This document shows, one piece after another, positions 45,336-51,210 of a DNA stretch of 51,210 bases (position 1 is the first letter of the stretch; every line of letters starts with the position of its first letter). Location of the stretch: NCBI GenBank assembly GCA_028291905.1, contig JAQGNK010000165.1:1-51210 (forward strand). Direction: 5' to 3'. The notes under the pieces are model-generated. The model was not told the DNA's origin, made no database searches, and worked only from the letters and a program-made list of their open reading frames with translations. Source of the DNA: Polaromonas sp. (GTDB lineage: Bacteria > Pseudomonadota > Gammaproteobacteria > Burkholderiales > Burkholderiaceae_C). The position numbers were made by a program, and so were the translations under genes.

Positions 45336-46307
45336 TTATTCCGTCTCAGCCAGCTCGGCCGAAGCAGGCACCAGCAGCAGCAGCGGCTGGGCGGCGACCT
45401 CGAACACCAGCGGCGTCTGCATCCAGGCGATTTCCCCGTCGGTGGCGACCTTGATGCGCTTGTGGCCCCTGGGCATGACGGTCAGGCGGCGAAAAGTAAA
45501 GCTCTGGATGTGCTCCGCCTCGCCCAGCCGCCCCAGTACACCGCGCACCAGCAGGCCGAAAAGCGCCAGCGTCCCGATGGGGCGCACGGCAATGCCGGTC
45601 AGCATGCCCTGCCCCACCGCCTCGGCATGCCCGGCCTCAATGCCGGCCTGCACCAATTGCAGGCGGTTATTGCCCACGAACAGGGTCGGGGTGCGAAACG
45701 AAGCAGTCTTCCCGGCCGACTCGATGCTCAGCCGCAGTTGATGGCGCGACTGCAGCAAGGTCGACATGCCCGAGAGAAAAGCCACGAACCGGCTGCGCCC
45801 GAGCTGCTGCTTCCAGGCCTCGCGGTCTTCCAGAATCTGGGGATACAGCCCGAGGCTGGCATTGACCAGGAACAGCCGGCCATTGACCTTGCCGACCTGC
45901 ACCGGCTCGACCTGGCCTTGCAGCAGCACCCGGCAGGCTTTTTCGGTGTCCTGCGATATCGCGTTGTCGCGGCCGAAATAATTGAAGGTGCCCTGCGGCA
46001 GCACGCCGAAAGGGCAGCCGCTGCCCAGCACCGCGTTGGCGACCGAATTCAGGGTGCCGTCGCCGCCGGCAGCCACCACCACGCCCTGCCGCGCCTTGGC
46101 CAGCTCCACGGCGCGCCGGGCCAGCATCTCGATGGGCTGCTGGCCGTCGAACTGCAAGAACTCGAAGTCGCGCCCGCCTTCCTTGAAGACGCGGGCCATG
46201 ATCTGCTTTTCATCTTCCGCGTTGCGGTGCCCCGAACCCACATTGATCACGATGAACAGCGGTCCCTGACGGGCAGCCTGGCTGGCGAGTTCGAGGTTTT
46301 CATTCAT
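45336..46307 (-). CDS. Diacylglycerol/lipid kinase family protein
   Basis: VINVGSG, AAGGDGT, LPQGTFNYF, ATDGE; start taken as ATG 46307. Confidence 0.9.
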   Translation of the reverse strand: MNENLELASQAARQGPLFIVINVGSGHRNAEDEKQIMARVFKEGGRDFEFLQFDGQQPIEMLARRAVELAKARQGVVVAAGGDGTLNSVANAVLGSGCPFGVLPQGTFNYFGRDNAISQDTEKACRVLLQGQVEPVQVGKVNGRLFLVNASLGLYPQILEDREAWKQQLGRSRFVAFLSGMSTLLQSRHQLRLSIESAGKTASFRTPTLFVGNNRLQLVQAGIEAGHAEAVGQGMLTGIAVRPIGTLALFGLLVRGVLGRLGEAEHIQSFTFRRLTVMPRGHKRIKVATDGEIAWMQTPLVFEVAAQPLLLLVPASAELAETE

Positions 46308-46386
46308 GGCGAAATCATAGGCGCCGAGGCGCGGCGGTTGTGTCAGCAAAGCGCGCATTGCGCGAAGGCATGCGCCGCCAGCGGTT

Positions 46387-47094
46387 TTATTTCATCTGCA
46401 CCGAGCCGGAGACATTCACCAACACCGTGCTCTTGCCGGCCTCGACCGGAACGGCGGCCTCGGTCATGTCGGACTTGGCCATCGAAGACATCATGCGGGG
46501 GCGCGGCACGGGCCCCTGGTCATTGGCGTTGATCGACACCTCGCGCAGGGTGTAGCTGGCAAAGCCAAAGCTCTTGGCAATGTCGGTGGCCCTGGCCTTG
46601 AAGCGTTCGATCGCCTGGGCCTGGGCTTCGCCCTCGACCCTGGCGCGCTGCTCGCGGCTCAGGCCGAAACTGACATTCCCCAGGCTCAGGCTCTGTATCT
46701 TGCCGGCCGTGGTGGTGATGCGGGAAAAATCCTTGCCCTCCAGCACCAGCTCGGTCGAACCCTGCCATCCGTTGATCTTGCCCTCCTTGCCGTAGCGCGG
46801 GTACAGGCTGAAATTGCCGGTGCGAATGTCCATCAGCCCTGGCGATGCCGCCTGGCGCGCCTGCGTCAAGGCCGCCTCCAGCGCCTGCTTGAGCTGAGAC
46901 TGCACCACGCCAGCGTCGGCGCCGTCGCGGCTGGTGGTCATCGAGATCGACAGCAGATCCTGCTGCACTTCCACCGACCCGCTGGCTGAAAGCTGGGCCA
47001 CATTTTGCAGCGCTTCATGCTGGAAATTCTGTGCAAAAGTGGCTGTAGCGCATACAGTTATTACGCAAGCTGCTATTAATTTAGTAGTAAACAT
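46387..47094 (-). CDS. SIMPL (DUF541) domain periplasmic protein
   Basis: LSASGSVEV, NFSLYPRY, PVEAGKSTVLVNVSGSVQM; N-terminal signal peptide. Confidence 0.9.
   Translation of the reverse strand: MFTTKLIAACVITVCATATFAQNFQHEALQNVAQLSASGSVEVQQDLLSISMTTSRDGADAGVVQSQLKQALEAALTQARQAASPGLMDIRTGNFSLYPRYGKEGKINGWQGSTELVLEGKDFSRITTTAGKIQSLSLGNVSFGLSREQRARVEGEAQAQAIERFKARATDIAKSFGFASYTLREVSINANDQGPVPRPRMMSSMAKSDMTEAAVPVEAGKSTVLVNVSGSVQMK
47025..47088 (-). repeat. 64-bp dispersed element, copy 12 (encodes SIMPL signal peptide)
   Basis: Reverse complement actactaaattaatagc-agctt-gcgta-ataactgta-tgcgc-tacagcca-cttttgcacagaatt; encodes TTKLIAACVITVCATATFAQN. Confidence 0.88.
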
Positions 47095-47329
47095 GGAGCG
47101 GTTCGACCTTTGCGAAAAGAGTTAAATAAAGTGCGCGGCTTGAAGAAAAGCTCGGCAAGCGCCAGCTGTGCAGTGCTGGGCTGCTCGCGGCGCCAGGGCA
47201 CGCAGCGCCAAGGTTCGGCACGGTAGCACAAAGATGTCAAAAAGCCTTTTTCCAATACCGAAAAAAGGCTACATCGCAAGGGAGCTGTCAAGACCCAAAA
47301 CCCTGCCGCACCCCTCTACAACGCACGCC

Positions 47330-47470
47330 ATGATTGCAAAATACGCATTTTTCATTGCTAGTCTGCTTTTATATAAATAAATGAAAATATAGTAAAAAAA
47401 TGTATTTTTCAGAAAAAAAGAGACATTTTTTGTTTCCAGCCTTCAAAATGGCCCTGTTACAAATTTGAAG
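47330..47470. promoter_or_regulatory. Very AT-rich divergent promoter region upstream of ompR
   Basis: Long A/T tracts with OmpR-like half-sites (AATACATTTT-TTTACTATAT on minus at 47406-47387; GAGACATTTT; GTTACAAATT). Confidence 0.55.
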
Positions 47471-47476
47471 AACACC

Positions 47477-48214
47477 ATGCTCCAAGCCCAATCCAATGCC
47501 CGTGCCGACAAAATTCTGATTCTGGACGACGACGCACGTATCCGAGACCTGTTGCGCCGCTACCTGGCCCAGGAAGGTTTCGAGGTCATCCTGGCCGAAG
47601 ACAGCAAGGCGTTGAACCGAATCATGCTGCGCGATGCGGTGGACCTGATCGTGCTCGACCTGATGATGCCCGGCGAGGACGGCCTGTCGATCTGCCGCCG
47701 CCTGCGCGCCGCCAACGACCGCACGCCCATCATCATGCTGACCGCCAAGGGCGAGGATGTCGACCGCATCGTCGGCCTGGAGGTCGGCGCCGACGACTAC
47801 CTGGCCAAGCCTTTCAACCCGCGCGAGCTGCTGGCCCGCATCCATGCGGTGCTGCGCCGCCGGCCCACCGCCGAGGTGCCGGGCGCGCCGTCGAGCGACC
47901 AGGAGGTCATCACCTTCGGCCCGTTCTCCTTCGACATGAGCCTGCGCACGCTGCAGAAAAACGGAGAGGAACTGCCGCTGACCACCGGCGAATTCGCCAT
48001 GCTGAAAACCCTGGTTCGCCATCCGCGCCAGCCGCTGTCGCGTGAAAAACTGGCGCAGCTGGCTCGCGGCCGCGAGTTCGAGCCGTTCGACCGCAGCCTG
48101 GACGTGCAGGTCTCTCGCCTGCGCAAGCTGATCGAGACCGACGCGGCCGTGCCGCGCTACATCCAGACCGTCTGGGGCATCGGCTACGTGTTCGTGCCGG
48201 ACGGCAACAGCTGA
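47477..48214 (+). CDS. ompR: OmpR-family response regulator (OmpR/RisA orthologue group)
   Basis: LDLMMPGEDGLSICRRLR, GADDYLAKPFNPRELLARI, DRSLDVQVSRLR, YIQTVWG. Confidence 0.93.
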   Translation: MLQAQSNARADKILILDDDARIRDLLRRYLAQEGFEVILAEDSKALNRIMLRDAVDLIVLDLMMPGEDGLSICRRLRAANDRTPIIMLTAKGEDVDRIVGLEVGADDYLAKPFNPRELLARIHAVLRRRPTAEVPGAPSSDQEVITFGPFSFDMSLRTLQKNGEELPLTTGEFAMLKTLVRHPRQPLSREKLAQLARGREFEPFDRSLDVQVSRLRKLIETDAAVPRYIQTVWGIGYVFVPDGNS

Positions 48215-48346
48215 GCCACCAGCGCTGCCGGGCCCTGCCCGGAAACAGGGGGTGATGGCTGACAAGAGGCGCCAGGCCCTTGCTGCACAATGCAGGCGAC
48301 TGATTCATTCGCATTTTCCGAATCCTGAAGTGCGCCACAGGCTCCC

Positions 48347-49723
48347 ATGAAGTCCTCATACAACTCATCCCTTGAAACCGGCCCCGCCCCTCTGGAAGCC
48401 CGGCCGCGCCGGGGCATCAACCTGTTCTGGCGGACATTTTTCTTTCTGGCGCTGCTGCTGTTCGGCTCCATCGTGGCCTGGCTGCAGACCTTTCGCACCC
48501 TGGAAACCGAACCCCGCGCCATTCAAAACGCGCAGCAGCTCGCCACCCTGGTCAACCTGACGCGGGCCGCGCTGCGTTACTCCGACACCATTGCACGGGT
48601 CTCGCTGATCAAGACGCTGGCCGAGGAGGAGCATGTGCGCATCACGCCTCGCCTGGTCAGCGACAAGTTCGAGCCCTATATCAGCGACGAATTCGATGTT
48701 CGCATCGCCGAGGAGCTGACCGACAGGCTGGGCAAAGACACGGTGGTGGCCAGCAAGGTGAATGAGCAGCAGGGCTTGTGGATCGGCTTTGGCATCGCCG
48801 ACGATTCCTACTGGCTGCAGACCGACGCCTCCCGGCTCGGGCCATCGCGCACCAGCACCTGGGCAATCTGGCTGATGACGGCGGCGGCCCTGTCGCTGGC
48901 CGGCGCGGCGGTGATTGCCCGGCTCATCAACCAGCCGCTCAAGCAGCTGTCGTTCGCGGCCAGCCGCATGCGCGACGGCGATTTCGATGCCAGCCGGCTC
49001 GACGAGCAGGTCGCCACCAGCGAGATACGCGAGGTCAACATCGGCTTTAACCGCATGGCCGCGCAGCTGTCCAAGATCGAGCAGGACCGGGTGGTGATGC
49101 TCGCCGGCATTTCGCACGACCTGCGCACACCGCTGGCGCGCCTGCGCCTGGAAACCGAGATGAGCGTGGCCGACCCGGACGCGCGCGAGCACATGGCGGC
49201 CGACATCGCCCAGCTCGACGCGATCATCGACAAGTTCCTCGACTACGCCCGGCCCGAGCCAGCGCACCTGGAGCCGATCTCGCTCAACAACCTGATCGAC
49301 GCGGCGCTTTATGCGGTGGCCGAATACCCCGACATGGAAGTCAACGTCAGCATGCCGCCGGGGCTCAAGGTGCTCGCCGACCAGGTTGACCTGTCGCGGG
49401 TCATCGCCAACCTGCTGGAGAATTCAAGGCGCTACGGCAAGTCGCCTAACACCGGCATTGCGCTGGTCGATGTCTCGGCTAGGATCAGCGACTCCTGGAT
49501 CATCATCAAGGTGCGCGACCATGGCAAGGGCGTGGCGCCGGCCGTGCTGCCCCGGCTGACCAACCCGTTCTTCAGGGGCGACGCGGCCCGCACCGCCGCC
49601 ACCGGCGCCGGCCTGGGGCTGGCGATTGCCGAGAAGACGGTGCTGCGCATGGGCGGGCTGTTCAGCCTGTCCAACACCAGCTCGGGCGGGCTGGCCGCGC
49701 ACATCAAGCTGCGCCGGGGCTGA
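48347..49723 (+). CDS. EnvZ/RisS-like sensor histidine kinase
   Basis: Two TM segments, HAMP, MLAGISHDLRTPLARLRL, NLLENSRRYG, GAGLGLAI. Confidence 0.92.
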   Translation: MKSSYNSSLETGPAPLEARPRRGINLFWRTFFFLALLLFGSIVAWLQTFRTLETEPRAIQNAQQLATLVNLTRAALRYSDTIARVSLIKTLAEEEHVRITPRLVSDKFEPYISDEFDVRIAEELTDRLGKDTVVASKVNEQQGLWIGFGIADDSYWLQTDASRLGPSRTSTWAIWLMTAAALSLAGAAVIARLINQPLKQLSFAASRMRDGDFDASRLDEQVATSEIREVNIGFNRMAAQLSKIEQDRVVMLAGISHDLRTPLARLRLETEMSVADPDAREHMAADIAQLDAIIDKFLDYARPEPAHLEPISLNNLIDAALYAVAEYPDMEVNVSMPPGLKVLADQVDLSRVIANLLENSRRYGKSPNTGIALVDVSARISDSWIIIKVRDHGKGVAPAVLPRLTNPFFRGDAARTAATGAGLGLAIAEKTVLRMGGLFSLSNTSSGGLAAHIKLRRG

Positions 49724-49733
49724 GTTGCTGAAA

Positions 49734-49797
49734 AATTTAAGCCAAACAGGCCTCTAGCGCAATCAACGCCTGCACAAGCAGCTATCAATAAAGTAGC
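49734..49797 (-). repeat. 64-bp dispersed element, copy 13 (contains ispF last codons and stop)
   Basis: Reverse complement gctactttattgatagc-tgctt-gtgca-ggcgttgat-tgcgc-tagaggcc-tgtttggcttaaatt; CTA CTT TAT TGA = L L Y stop of ispF. Confidence 0.93.
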
Positions 49798-50285
49798 GCC
49801 ACGGCCCGCGCTTCCAGGCTCAGGCCCTGGCCGACCGGCCCGAGCTTCTCGGCGGTCTTGGCCTTGACGTTGACCCGGCCCGGCGGCAGGCTCAATGCCC
49901 CGGCAATGCAGTCGCGCATGGCTGGAATATGCGGCGCCAAGCGCGGCGCCTGGGCCACGATGGTGCTGTCGATGTTGCCGATGCGCAGTCCCTGCGCGGC
50001 CAGCAGGCGGCCGGTCTCATGCAGCAGCGTCATGGAATCGGCGCCCTTGAAGCGCGGGTCGGTGTCGGGGAAATGGCTGCCGATGTCGCCCAGCCCGGCC
50101 GCGCCCAACAGCGCATCGATGATGGCGTGCAGCAGCACATCCGCATCCGAATGGCCGAGCAGGCCCAGCGGGTGGGCGATCTCGACGCCGCCCAGGATCA
50201 GCTTGCGCCCCGGCACCAGCGCATGCGTGTCCCAGCCTTCGCCGATGCGGAACGGGGGAAAGGCGGCGCCGGATGCTGAAGTCAT
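49785..50285 (-). CDS. ispF: 2-C-methyl-D-erythritol 2,4-cyclodiphosphate synthase
   Basis: [37 protein letters not shown]. Confidence 0.97.
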   Translation of the reverse strand: MTSASGAAFPPFRIGEGWDTHALVPGRKLILGGVEIAHPLGLLGHSDADVLLHAIIDALLGAAGLGDIGSHFPDTDPRFKGADSMTLLHETGRLLAAQGLRIGNIDSTIVAQAPRLAPHIPAMRDCIAGALSLPPGRVNVKAKTAEKLGPVGQGLSLEARAVALLY

Positions 50286-50365
50286 GAATGTTGGCTTTCG
50301 TTGGAAAGTAAAAACCGGATTCCCGGAAGGAAATTGCCATGGCTTGCAGAACCAGCGGCCTGATT

Positions 50366-50430
50366 GCTACTGAATTCATAGCTGCTTGCGCAGTTCCTAC
50401 CTACGCCAAAAGCCTGTTTGATGCTGAAAA
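50366..50430 (+). repeat. 65-bp dispersed element, copy 14 (between ispD and ispF)
   Basis: gctactgaattcatagc-tgctt-gcgca-gttcctacc-tacgc-caaaagcc-tgtttgatgctgaaaa. Confidence 0.95.
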
Positions 50431-50502
50431 ATTGCTTGCTGACCAACACAAATACGCATTTAGGAATGCAAAAAGTGCGGATCAACCCGCGCATCCGCCG
50501 AG

Positions 50503-51210
50503 TCATTTGCGGCCCAGCAAGACCGCCTCGGCCAGCGCGAAGTCGTCCGGGTAGGTGACCTTGAAATTCTGCGCGCTGCCGGCCACCAGCCGGGGCGCCA
50601 GGCCCAGCATTTCCACCGCGCTCGACTCGTCGGTGACGCCACTTCCCGTGCTTTCGGCGCCATCGAGCGCCCGCATCAAGAGGCCGATGCGAAACATCTG
50701 CGGCGTCTGCGCCAGCCATTTGCCCGTGCGGTCCAGCGTGGCCGTTACCCGGCAGCCGGCTTCCTGCTTGAGCGTGTCGGGCACTTGATGCGCCAGCAAA
50801 CCGCCCACGTCGTCATCCTGGCAGACATCGATCAGACGGTTGATTTGATCCGGTGTGATGAGGCAGCGGGCTGCGTCATGCACCAGCGCCCAGTCGCCGG
50901 CCTGCGCGCCGCACGCCAGCAGTGCATCCAGCCCCTGGCGCACGCTAGCCGCCCGGCTGGCGCCGCCGCAATCCACCACGCTGAATGGTCTTTCAGCCAT
51001 TGCGTCAAAAAAGCGGTCGCCCGGCGCCACCACCACCAGCGTTCTGACCAGCCGGGCCACCTTGCCGAAAGCCGCCAGCGTGTGCAGCACCATCCCCTGG
51101 CCCGCGATTTCCTGGTACTGCTTGGCCTGGCCGGCCGCTAGACCCGCCCGGCTGCCCTGCCCGGCGCAGGGAATCAGGGCGTAAAAACGGGCGCTGGAAC
51201 GGTTATCGGC
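50503..51210 (-). CDS. ispD: 2-C-methyl-D-erythritol 4-phosphate cytidylyltransferase, 5' truncated
   Basis: Frame is open to the window end: ALIPCAGQGSR, KQY, VHDAARC, AQTPQMF, TDESSA, NFKVTYPDD. Confidence 0.96.
   Translation of the reverse strand, partial: ADNRSSARFYALIPCAGQGSRAGLAAGQAKQYQEIAGQGMVLHTLAAFGKVARLVRTLVVVAPGDRFFDAMAERPFSVVDCGGASRAASVRQGLDALLACGAQAGDWALVHDAARCLITPDQINRLIDVCQDDDVGGLLAHQVPDTLKQEAGCRVTATLDRTGKWLAQTPQMFRIGLLMRALDGAESTGSGVTDESSAVEMLGLAPRLVAGSAQNFKVTYPDDFALAEAVLLGRK

Noticed and set aside
47338-50461. 12-mer AAATACGCATTT present in two intergenic regions (47338 and 50450)
   Set aside because: Two occurrences of a short AT-rich word with no shared flanks; insufficient support.

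Overview
Core-genome window of a GC-rich betaproteobacterium; gene order and protein style suggest Comamonadaceae (inference). It holds a FixL/FixJ-type two-component pair, folD, greA, carAB, the rpsB-tsf-pyrH-frr-uppS-cdsA-dxr-rseP-bamA-skp-lpxD-fabZ-lpxA-lpxB-rnhB cluster, nnr, rnr, tRNA-Leu(CAG), rimO, phaR, tRNA-Val(GAC), relA, bdhA, several hydrolases and oxidoreductases, an OmpR/EnvZ-type pair and ispF-ispD. I see no transposase, integrase, phage gene or CRISPR array. The stand-out signal is a dispersed 64-65 bp fixed-spacing DNA element, roughly RCTAY-N7-ATAGC-TGCYT-GCGCA-N9-TGCGC-YARAGGCC-(W-rich)-TGAAAA, found 14 times (about 1 per 3.7 kb). Four copies are intergenic, two supply the stop codon of a gene, and eight lie in frame inside protein-coding genes, including lpxB and dxr. 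In lpxB, dxr and dadA the copy seems to overwrite codons with no length change relative to remembered E. coli orthologues, and one copy encodes essentially the whole signal peptide of a SIMPL protein. Secondary findings: rnr appears to need a non-AUG/GUG/UUG start, tRNA-Leu has A53-U61 instead of G53-C61, and carA and greA have structured leaders.
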